DNA of 33,205 nucleotides from a virus (taxonomy: Duplodnaviria > Caudoviricetes): the IMG/VR virus record IMGVR_UViG_3300025018_000368, positions 1-33,205 of that record; one strand, 5' to 3'. The position numbers and the translations under genes were made by a program. The notes under the pieces were generated by a model. The model did no database searches, was not told where the DNA came from, and was given only the letters and a program-made list of their open reading frames with translations. Below are positions 17,407-24,995 of the stretch, one piece after another (positions within the stretch are counted from its first letter, which is position 1; each line of letters opens with the position of its first letter).

Positions 17407-18554
17407 AGATCCGGGACAGCAGCATCCGGCTCCGCTTTATGTTTGAGGGCAAGCTGCAGCGGCCCACCCTAAGGCTCAACGGCGAACCAATGGCCCCCAC
17501 CGCGGCCAATGTGAAGTATGCGCACCGTCTGGCCAACGAGATCAAAGATAAGATCCGGCACGACACCTTCAGCATGGCCGAATACTTCCCGGCCAGTGGC
17601 GACGGGGGCGCGCTCACCGTTGGTACCCAGCTTGACACCTGGCTGGGTGCGCAACGCATCGAGGAATCCACCCGGGCCGGGTATGAAAGCGGGGTGCGCT
17701 TTTGGAAAATCGCCCAACTCGGGGGCAAACCGCTGCGGGCACTGCGCACCAGCCACATCCTTACCGCGCTGGCAACCCGGCCTGAGCTCACCGGCAAGAC
17801 CGTGAACAACTATGTGGGCGTGCTGCGTGAGGCCATTGAGCTGGCGGTCACTGACAAGATACTGATGGAAAACCCCGTGCTCAAAGTGCCCCGGGCAAAG
17901 CACCAAAAGGAACCCGCCGACCCCTTCAGCCGCGATGAGATGGAAAAGATCGTGGCCGACCTGAAAGCCAAGCACCCCGGTCAGGCGGCCAACTTCGTGG
18001 AGTTCTGGTTCTGGACGGGCATGCGCACCAGCGAGATATTTGGCCTAAGCTGGGCCAACGTGGATCTGCCCAGCGGTACCGTGCTGGTGGCCGAAGCCCT
18101 GGTGCGGGGCATCCACAAAGACCGCACCAAGACCAACGTGGCGCGCGTGGTGAAACTCAATAGCCGGGCACTCGCCGCGATCCAGGGCCAGCGCGCCCAC
18201 ACGCAAGTGGCTGGCGGCCCGGTGTTTCAAGACCCCCGGTACAACACACCCTGGGTGGACGAGCGCGCATTCAGACGCAGCTACTGGACACCCACACTCA
18301 AGCGGCTGGGCATTCGGTACCGTCGCCCCTACAACATGCGCCACACCTACGCCACGCTCATGCTGATGGCCAATATGAATTCAGCTTTTTGTGCGCGCCA
18401 GCTCGGCCACAGCGTGGAAATGTTCCACAAAACCTACGCCCGATGGCTCGACGGTGATCAGAACGATATGGAAATGGCCCGGCTGGAAAACACCCTAATT
18501 GCCCCGACATTGCCCCGTAAACAAATCAAGGACTCGCAAGGCCTTGATTTATAA
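17382..18554 (+). CDS. int: Tyrosine integrase with N-terminal arm-binding domain
   Basis: TGMRTSE, RTKT, YNMRHTYAT, QLGHS, TYARW; adjacent to att core; likely ATG 17382. Confidence 0.95.
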   Translation: MGRTGDWVEIRDSSIRLRFMFEGKLQRPTLRLNGEPMAPTAANVKYAHRLANEIKDKIRHDTFSMAEYFPASGDGGALTVGTQLDTWLGAQRIEESTRAGYESGVRFWKIAQLGGKPLRALRTSHILTALATRPELTGKTVNNYVGVLREAIELAVTDKILMENPVLKVPRAKHQKEPADPFSRDEMEKIVADLKAKHPGQAANFVEFWFWTGMRTSEIFGLSWANVDLPSGTVLVAEALVRGIHKDRTKTNVARVVKLNSRALAAIQGQRAHTQVAGGPVFQDPRYNTPWVDERAFRRSYWTPTLKRLGIRYRRPYNMRHTYATLMLMANMNSAFCARQLGHSVEMFHKTYARWLDGDQNDMEMARLENTLIAPTLPRKQIKDSQGLDL

Positions 18555-18692
18555 CACTATTCTATGGGGTGGCTGATGGGGCTCGAACCCAAGCGTTCGG
18601 GGAATGTCGGGGAATGTCGGGGGACTTTCCTCAATGAAGAGGGCCAACTGTTGCCCCCATAATCCCCCGTTATTGCCCCGGCAATTGCCCCG
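18499..18692. repeat. Integrase arm-type and accessory repeats around attP
   Basis: TTGCCCC at 18499, 18510, 18651, 18673, 18685; TCGGGGAATG tandem at 18597 and 18607 with partial third copy. Confidence 0.75.
18565..18591 (-). other. attP core equal to the 3' end of a tRNA-His gene
   Basis: Minus strand TGGGTTCGAGCCCCATCAGCCACCCCA = T-loop, acceptor stem 3' half and CCA, matching proteobacterial tRNA-His as recalled; 5' half of tRNA absent. Confidence 0.85.
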
Positions 18693-18696
18693 GAAT

Positions 18697-19143
18697 TCAG
18701 ATTAGCACCACCTCGGCCTCGCGCCTGATGGTCAACCCGCGAAGAACCCGCCCGCCTGCTTTGTTCCACTTGCGCAACTCGGTCGGCACGCCCACCCAGT
18801 CGCCCGCGTTGACCCGGCGGCGCAAGGTGCTGGCGCGCAGGTTACCGGATCCCAGATTAAACGTGAAGTCGATCAGCGCGGCCAGCCGGTCAGGGGTATC
18901 GACCCCCGGGCACAATTTCAGCACCGCGGGCAAATAGACCGTGCGCACCATCCACAGCAGCAGCGTTTCCGCTTGCGCCCGGGTGATCGGCGTATCCGAA
19001 AGGGTTACCCGCGTGCCGTCCTGATAGTAGGTAGCGCCGTAGGCAATCGTCGGAACCCCGGCTGGACAAAGGTAGGGTGTCAGGTACAGCCCCTCGAACC
19101 GGCGCGCAAGGGATGCCGCAACCTTGGCCGCTTGCTCGATCAT
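18697..19143 (-). CDS. Endolysin, GH24 phage lysozyme
   Basis: FEGLYLTPYLCPAGVPTIAYG (E..C..T triad), DFTFNLG, GLTIRREAE. Confidence 0.93.
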   Translation of the reverse strand: MIEQAAKVAASLARRFEGLYLTPYLCPAGVPTIAYGATYYQDGTRVTLSDTPITRAQAETLLLWMVRTVYLPAVLKLCPGVDTPDRLAALIDFTFNLGSGNLRASTLRRRVNAGDWVGVPTELRKWNKAGGRVLRGLTIRREAEVVLI

Positions 19144-19604
19144 TTGCCACGCTTCATCAAATTGCGATCCGCCAGGTAGATGCCCAGCGCGGCACTGGCC
19201 ACGGCCAGCGTGTTGTCACTGAGCACCATGGTCCCGAACTCGCCCAGCGTCATCATCAGCACGGACCAGGTGGCCACGCCCGGGCGGATGACCGCGTTCC
19301 AGGCATCTACCCAGGCAATGCCTACGGTTTTCGTGGTGCCCTTGATGGCCTCAAGCCAGCCTTGGACCTCAATCTCACCGACGGCAGCCTCAGCCTGCAC
19401 CTGGATGGTCTTGACGCCCATATCCGCCTGCACCCTGATTGACTCCATGTTGCGCGTGTGCTGCGCAGCATCAAGCTCTGCCTGCAGGCGCATCCGGTCA
19501 AGCTCCTGGCTATGGTCTTGTCGCTTGGTCAGCCAAGCACTGACCTCACCCCAGATCATCCGAAAGACCGAGCCACCGAAAAACGAAAGTATCGAGGTGA
19601 TCAT
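19140..19604 (-). CDS. Membrane protein, holin candidate
   Basis: Hydrophobic N-terminus, coiled centre, two C-terminal hydrophobic segments after IRPG; coupled to lysozyme. Confidence 0.65.
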   Translation of the reverse strand: MITSILSFFGGSVFRMIWGEVSAWLTKRQDHSQELDRMRLQAELDAAQHTRNMESIRVQADMGVKTIQVQAEAAVGEIEVQGWLEAIKGTTKTVGIAWVDAWNAVIRPGVATWSVLMMTLGEFGTMVLSDNTLAVASAALGIYLADRNLMKRGK

Positions 19605-19900
19605 TTTTGGCCCCTTTCCACCAGGCGGTCTAGCTTGGCGTCCATGCGTGAGAACTGGTCGCGCAAAATTTGCAGAGAGTCGCGCAAGGTGTTTTTGTCG
19701 GCGTTGGACTGCGTTTCTATGGCAGCGGTCTTTGCCTTGAGCAGCTCGACGTCGCGCTTGATGTCCGCGAAAAACATGGTCACAACGACCACCTGGGCGA
19801 TCATCGCGGCAATGAGTGACAGGGGCACTCTTTTATCCAAGTGCCACCCTATCTCGGGTGGGGGCGGGGGTGCGCGTCGGTCATTGCCTTGGTAAGCCAT
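19601..19900 (-). CDS. Single-TM coiled-coil protein in lysis cassette
   Basis: WHLDKRVPLSLIAAMIAQVVVVTMFF then coiled coil ending MDAKLDRL; AAGGA SD. Confidence 0.7.
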   Translation of the reverse strand: MAYQGNDRRAPPPPPEIGWHLDKRVPLSLIAAMIAQVVVVTMFFADIKRDVELLKAKTAAIETQSNADKNTLRDSLQILRDQFSRMDAKLDRLVERGQK

Positions 19901-20222
19901 GGTTTTCCTTCAGGAGTTGTTTGGCGTACGGCACGCCAAGGCCAATGCAGTAGCCCCGCGCCAGGTGCTCGGCCATTTTGTCGGGGTTGGCACCGTGGGC
20001 GATCTGAACCTTGTAGGCCTCAACTTCCGCCCGCAGCCTGAACCGCTGGTGGGTGGCGTAGCGCCACCAGAACCACAGCGTCCCGACTCGACGCATTTGT
20101 TCCTGGTGGCAGCGCTCATGGGCCAACAGCCCAGCGTCGCCGCGATACTTCGAGTTGATCAAAATCAGGCTCTGGCTGCAGGTGAACCCGCCCGTGGGCA
20201 GGAACGGGACGTAGAGGATCAC
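19881..20222 (-). CDS. Small HExxH zincin-like protein
   Basis: GTG 20222 directly after upstream TAA; LLAHERCHQEQ and AEVEAY third-ligand-like Glu. Confidence 0.7.
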   Translation of the reverse strand: MILYVPFLPTGGFTCSQSLILINSKYRGDAGLLAHERCHQEQMRRVGTLWFWWRYATHQRFRLRAEVEAYKVQIAHGANPDKMAEHLARGYCIGLGVPYAKQLLKENHGLPRQ

Positions 20223-20223
20223 G

Positions 20224-20562
20224 TTACACCGACGGGAAGCCAGCCGCGTCCACCTGGGCTTTGACGGCGTTGCGGTAGGCGGTGTAACTGGCGTAGGCCA
20301 CGTCGTCACCCAACAGCTTGTTGTTGAGCACCGCGATCTCGTCGTCTTTGCTGTAGCGCGCGGCTACACCTGCAGAGATCAACGAGGCACGCGAGGGCGC
20401 GCCCGCCAGGGCCATGCTGTCGCACTCAAAGCTATCAGGCGTGGCCTGGGTGTCTTTGGTGGCGGGTGCGCCGGGGATCAGCGTGGCGTTCAGGTTGAAA
20501 AACCAAACGCCCGCGCAAGCGTGCAAGGCGGGAGGCAGTTGGGTAGAGTGCATTTTGTTCAT
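20224..20562 (-). CDS. 112-aa hypothetical protein downstream of RT (in frame with the frameshifted RT)
   Basis: Own AGGAG SD and ATG overlapping the native RT stop (ATGA); MNKMHSTQLP...RYSKDDEIAVLNN...YTAYRNAVKA. Confidence 0.8.
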   Translation of the reverse strand: MNKMHSTQLPPALHACAGVWFFNLNATLIPGAPATKDTQATPDSFECDSMALAGAPSRASLISAGVAARYSKDDEIAVLNNKLLGDDVAYASYTAYRNAVKAQVDAAGFPSV

Positions 20563-21609
20563 TGGAAAGCTCCTTCGAGGGTATAGCGCCCGGTACGAGT
20601 GATCACTCGCTGGCGCAGGGGTTTGGAAACGTGGTGATTGAAAAGGCCTTTGGCCTGGGCGAAGCGCATCCACCCGTAGTAACTCATGATGGAGGACAGC
20701 ACGGCGGCCGGGGTCCTTGCGGTGCCAGGCTTTACGGTGTTGGCACATTTGGCGGCGAAACTTGTCGGCGATGCGGCGACGCACTAGCGTGTGCGTGCCG
20801 AAAAATCGGTATCCCAAAAAATCGACACCCCGCACAGCTACCGGGAACACCTGCCAGTTGTCTTTGAGGGTCAATTCAATGGCCGCCAGTTTGGCCTCAA
20901 ACAAGACGCGCAACTGGTGCAGCTTAGCGGGATCATCGAGCAGCACCACGATGTCGTCGCAGTAACGAAAGTAGTATTTCAGTCCCAGCACCTCTTTGGC
21001 CCAGTGGTCAATGCTGGACAGGAACAGGTTACCCAGAAACTGGCTCAGGTAATTGCCAATGGGCACGCCCGCCAACACCGAGTCAATGATGCCGTCGATC
21101 AGCGCCAGCAGGTCAGGGTCTTTGATTTTCAGGCGAACGACCAGCTTTAGCAGCGGGTGGCTGATAGAAGGGTAAAACTGGGTTACGTCCATCTTGAGGC
21201 AGTAGCGCGTGCCCTCGGGGTCATCACGCATGGCCGACTGCACCCGGCGCACGCCATCATGCACGCCCCGGTTTTTCATGCTGGCGTAGGTGTCACGGAT
21301 GAAGGTGCGCATCCAGATGTCTTCGACCACTTGCATGATGCAGTGGTGAGTGATGCGGTCGGGGAAATAGGGCAACGCGTAGATCACGCGCCGTTTGCCG
21401 TTGTCCACCTTGTCGAACACCCGATAAGGTGAGGTGACGTAGGTCTTTTCGACCAGCATTTTCTGGATTTGCGCAACACACTCGTCCAGGTGGTCGTCAA
21501 CCCACTTGACCTCGTCATACTTAACTTTGCCCTTGCGGGCATTTTTGTGCGCCAGCCGGATGTTCTCCGGCGTGCAGACCTTGGCATAAAGGTTACCGTA
21601 GCGTTTCAT
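20559..21609 (-). CDS. DGR reverse transcriptase with a one-base frameshift near 20710-20713
   Basis: PYFPDRITHH, LKMDVTQFYPSI, GVPIGNYLSQ (DGR SQ motif), YFRYCDD, GVDFLGY; native tail SIMSYYGWMRFA...* lies in the adjacent frame. Confidence 0.93.
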
Positions 21610-21724
21610 ACGGTTCCTGTCCCGGCCCGGAGCCTTCGGCGGTAAAGCCTACCAACACCAAAGGGCCGTTCAATATTTCGCCAAGGGGCGCGGAAACCCT
21701 GTCCTGGATTCAAGGAAAGGACAG

Positions 21725-21840
21725 ACTCCGTGCGCGTGCCGATATTCACATTCGAATTGCCTGACGCATTATTCAAATTGAGCGTGAGAGGACCCGCTAT
21801 CGCGCCATTATTCGCATTCGTCCCAACATAGGGGGTACGC
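21725..21840 (-). repeat. DGR template repeat (TR)
   Basis: Aligns ungapped to 21915-22030 at offset 190; AAT-rich; 21 of 22 mismatches are at TR adenines. Confidence 0.97.
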
Positions 21841-21909
21841 GGTAAAGCGCCAAACGGCGGGCTCTTCGGGTTAGCGGACAGGGTTCCCATTTGTCAAATT
21901 CAAAAAATT

Positions 21910-23187
21910 TCAGAACCCCGCGCGCGCGCCGATACCCCCACCCGAATCGCCCGACGCACTACCCAAAAAGAGCGCGAGAGGACCCGCCACCGCGCCATCA
22001 TTCGCATCCGCCCCAACATAGGGGGCACGCCACGGTTTGGTAGCAGCAGCGTCGTAACCGTACTGCCAGGTATGCTGACGCGCCTTGGTGGTGTCGGTGC
22101 CCCCCAGCGAATCAGGCATGAACCCCACAATGTTCTCGCGCAGCGTAGCGGTGTAACCCAGATTGGCTGCGCCAAAGTTGGTCATGTCCCAGAGCTTGGT
22201 CATGCCGGTGCTGCCGGTGTCGGCAAAATAGGCGCTGTCGTTGGTCACCCAGATCGGCATGGCCGTGGCGGTATCGTTAGCTGTGGCGTCCACCGTCATG
22301 CCATCAACGAACTTCCAGACATGGCCCCAGAAGTTTTCGACACCTCGGTAGCTCATCACGTCGGTCAGATAGCCCAAGGTGGTACCGAGCGCCACACTGC
22401 CGCTGCCATTGCCGAAGCTGTTCGACAAGCCTGTCAACGCCAGGTAGCTGTTGACCACCCACGAACCTCCCGACAGGTTCACCCGGCCCGCGCCAATGGC
22501 GCCCTTGATGTTGAAGCTGCCAAACTCCACCAGCGCCAGCAGTTGCAGCGCGCTGTGTGTGTAGTAGTCATACTGGCGCCAGCCAGCGCCCCGGGCCACC
22601 GCAGCGGCGCGGAACTGGGCGCGGGTGTAGGTTGTTTTTGGCAACACACCAGACACGGACGCGATTTTGGTGGTGCTCAGACTGGCCTCGTACGCGCTGG
22701 TGTAGCGGTAAGGTACCTCGACCCCGTTTTTGATAAACGCTGGGTGTACGCTGAATCCGGCCAGGGGCTGTTCTGCAATATCCCAAGTGTGCCGGGTACC
22801 GACGTAGCTGTAACGTTGGTAGAACTTGGGCACCTCGACCATCACCTGGCCCGCCACGCCCGTCAAATCGGCAACTCCACCCGCCTCGGTGTACGCGCTG
22901 TTGAGCGGGTGCAGATAGCTGACCACCTCGCCCGCATCATTGAGCAGGCAGCGGCGCATGCGCGACTGGATAGGCAGCGCAATAGCCGCCGTGGCCGACC
23001 CGGTGCGCACATAGGTGTCGGCGGACTCATCCCAGCTCAAACCGTAGTAGTTGGTCAGGTCGGTGGATCCCGTGGGCTCCAGCGCGGCCAGCCCTTTGGC
23101 CGCATAGGCCAGCTTTTGCAAATCGGTTTCGGTGGCCGATACGGTGGCGATACGCGCTACGAGTGCGCTTTGTGCAGTGGATGCCAT
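21910..23187 (-). CDS. DGR target: putative receptor-binding tail protein with C-terminal CLec-type variable region
   Basis: AAGGA SD; GQVMVEVPKFY, YRGVENFWGHVWKFVDG, ends in VR ...GIGARAGF; directly follows tail fibre. Confidence 0.9.
   Translation of the reverse strand: MASTAQSALVARIATVSATETDLQKLAYAAKGLAALEPTGSTDLTNYYGLSWDESADTYVRTGSATAAIALPIQSRMRRCLLNDAGEVVSYLHPLNSAYTEAGGVADLTGVAGQVMVEVPKFYQRYSYVGTRHTWDIAEQPLAGFSVHPAFIKNGVEVPYRYTSAYEASLSTTKIASVSGVLPKTTYTRAQFRAAAVARGAGWRQYDYYTHSALQLLALVEFGSFNIKGAIGAGRVNLSGGSWVVNSYLALTGLSNSFGNGSGSVALGTTLGYLTDVMSYRGVENFWGHVWKFVDGMTVDATANDTATAMPIWVTNDSAYFADTGSTGMTKLWDMTNFGAANLGYTATLRENIVGFMPDSLGGTDTTKARQHTWQYGYDAAATKPWRAPYVGADANDGAVAGPLALFLGSASGDSGGGIGARAGF
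21915..22030 (-). repeat. DGR variable repeat (VR)
   Basis: Encodes RAPYVGADANDGAVAGPLALFLGSASGDSGGGIGARAG versus TR RTPYVGTNANNGAIAGPLTLNLNNASGNSNVNIGTRTE. Confidence 0.97.
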
Positions 23188-23202
23188 GGTGAGGTTCCTT
23201 CG

Positions 23203-24924
23203 TTAAAAAAAGTTAAGGCAAAAATCTGAATCCGCCGTCACGCGGGCCGCGCTGGCAGCAGAAACGCTGGCGCTGGCGGCAGAAACGCTGGCGCTGGCGG
23301 CATTGGTAGTGGCGGCGATGATGCTGGCCATGTTGTCGGCCGCTAGCGCCACGTCAGCCGCGATGCCCGCCACGGTGTTGATGTTGGCCAGCGCACCCGC
23401 AACCGTGGTCACGTTGGCCTGAATGCCTGCCACAGTGGTCACCGCCGGGGCGACACCTGCAACCGTGGTCACGTTGGCCTGAATGCCTGCCACAGTGGTC
23501 ACCGCCGGGGCGACACCTGCAACCGTGGTCACGTTGGCCTGAATGCCTGCCACGGTATTCACGTTGGCAACGGCGTTGGCAACGGTGGACACCGCTGGCG
23601 CAACCCCCGCGACAGTGGTCACGTTGGCCTGAATGCCTGCCACGGTATTCACGTTGGCAACGGCGTTGGCAACGGTGGACACCGCTGGCGCGATACCGGC
23701 CACGGTACTGACAGCACCGTCGATCGTGGCGACAACCCCGACGCTGTAGGCAATACCCGCCACGGCGGTGACGTTGGCCTGAATGCCTGCCACGGTGGCT
23801 ACCGCCGGGGCGACACCCGCCACGGTCGTGACGTGATGCCCAATGTCTGCCACCTGGGGCACTTTCACCAGCAGGTGCAGGGCATCGGCCACGGCCACAA
23901 TCTCGTCCACCGCGAACGCCACCTCGTTGATGGCGCCCGAGCTGGTGTTGAGCGCCACCACGGCCGCTTCAACGGCGGCCACAGTGCCCAAAGCCGACAA
24001 GGCGTGTGCGGCCGCATCCACGGCGGACTGATTGGCCGCCACGGCACTGCCAGCGGCCTGGCTGGCACGCGCGGGGGCTTCTTTAATTGCGATGATGTTG
24101 GCCGCTGCCGTGCTCACTGCAGCGGAAATGCCTGCCACGGTGGTGACGTTGCCAGAGATACCGGCCACAGTGGTGACGTTGCCAGAGATACCGGCCACAG
24201 TGGTGACGTTGCCAGAGATACCGGCCACAGTGGTCACCGCAGGGGCGACACCCGCCACGGTGGTGACGTTGGCCTGAATGCCCGCCACGGTGGTGACGTT
24301 GGCCTGAATGCCCGCCACGGTGGTGACGTTGCCGGCAATGCCTGCCACGGTGGTGACGTTGCCGGCAATGCCTGCCACCGTGTCAATATCCGCAGCTGAA
24401 TTTTCAACCGTTTGCACCGACGCAATGGTGGGCCCGGCCTCCGGGTCTCCCGTGGTTTCGTTGAACGCCAGCACGCGGCCCGCGCGGTGACTCACATCGG
24501 GCATGACCGGGTTGACTGTTGCGTCATTGAGCGGCATGACCAGGGCGCGGTCGGCCTTTTCCTGCACCTGCTGCACCTGGATGGTGGCCCGGTCCATGGC
24601 GTCATTGATCACGCGCGGGTAAAAGCCCCCCGAGTTGGTGAGCTCCATGGGCTGCAGGTTGCCCACCTGACTGGTCACAACCACCTGAATGCCAGTTGCC
24701 GGGGCTGCGATGAAAGTCACTGTGCCGCCGGGACTGGCGTCTTGGTCTGCGTTGAGCGTTGCGGTGTAGTCGGTACCCAGCACCGCCACCGTTTCGGCAC
24801 CGCTGGTGTATTTGCTGACCCGCAAATCGCCCGCAGCGAACACCTTAAAGGTGAACGGGAAAACGGTGGTAGCGCCGTTGCCGGTAAACGGGCCAGCTTT
24901 GCGCAAGGTGCTGGAGATAGTCAA
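23203..24924 (-). CDS. Tail fibre with podovirus N-terminal adaptor and 10-aa repeat shaft
   Basis: TTG start with AGGAG SD; GNGATTVFPFTFKVF, GGFYPRVINDAMDRATIQVQQ; many NVTTVAGIxx repeats. Confidence 0.88.
   Translation of the reverse strand: MTISSTLRKAGPFTGNGATTVFPFTFKVFAAGDLRVSKYTSGAETVAVLGTDYTATLNADQDASPGGTVTFIAAPATGIQVVVTSQVGNLQPMELTNSGGFYPRVINDAMDRATIQVQQVQEKADRALVMPLNDATVNPVMPDVSHRAGRVLAFNETTGDPEAGPTIASVQTVENSAADIDTVAGIAGNVTTVAGIAGNVTTVAGIQANVTTVAGIQANVTTVAGVAPAVTTVAGISGNVTTVAGISGNVTTVAGISGNVTTVAGISAAVSTAAANIIAIKEAPARASQAAGSAVAANQSAVDAAAHALSALGTVAAVEAAVVALNTSSGAINEVAFAVDEIVAVADALHLLVKVPQVADIGHHVTTVAGVAPAVATVAGIQANVTAVAGIAYSVGVVATIDGAVSTVAGIAPAVSTVANAVANVNTVAGIQANVTTVAGVAPAVSTVANAVANVNTVAGIQANVTTVAGVAPAVTTVAGIQANVTTVAGVAPAVTTVAGIQANVTTVAGALANINTVAGIAADVALAADNMASIIAATTNAASASVSAASASVSAASAARVTADSDFCLNFF
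23350..24380. repeat. Two blocks of coding 30-bp tandem repeats with 60- and 90-bp higher-order units
   Basis: GCCACAGTGGTGACGTTGCCAGAGATACCG-type units at about 24130-24380; duplicated 60-mers at about 23400-23550 and 90-mers at about 23525-23690. Confidence 0.9.
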
Positions 24925-24950
24925 GGGTGCACTCCTAGGGGATTGGCGGC

Positions 24951-24983
24951 AGTTTCCCCCCTACGTCGGGCAATGCGCGCACC
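24951..24983 (-). promoter_or_regulatory. Putative late promoter copy 3 (GGTGCGCGCAT-N16-GAAACT)
   Basis: Upstream of tail fibre SD; same spacing as the other two copies. Confidence 0.7.
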
Positions 24984-24995
24984 CCTAGCGCACCC

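Larger units (their letters stand above)
20224..23187 (-). mobile_element. Diversity-generating retroelement cassette: target-VR, TR, RT, downstream ORF
   Basis: 116-bp TR/VR pair differing almost only at TR adenines, next to a DGR-type RT. Confidence 0.97.

Noticed and set aside
18565-18591. Complete tRNA gene
   Set aside because: Only T-arm and acceptor 3' strand present; no D or anticodon arm
20224-21609. RT as group II intron, retron or Abi RT, or a genuine 461-aa protein
   Set aside because: SQ motif plus TR/VR pair identify a DGR; no intron or maturase/endonuclease features; the length results from a frameshift fusion
23203-23300. Second VR at the tail-fibre C-terminus
   Set aside because: No similarity to TR; only a short coding duplication (SASVSAA); no other TR copy noticed by eye
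23350-24380. 30-bp periodic repeats as a CRISPR array
   Set aside because: Contiguous in-frame coding repeats without unique spacers
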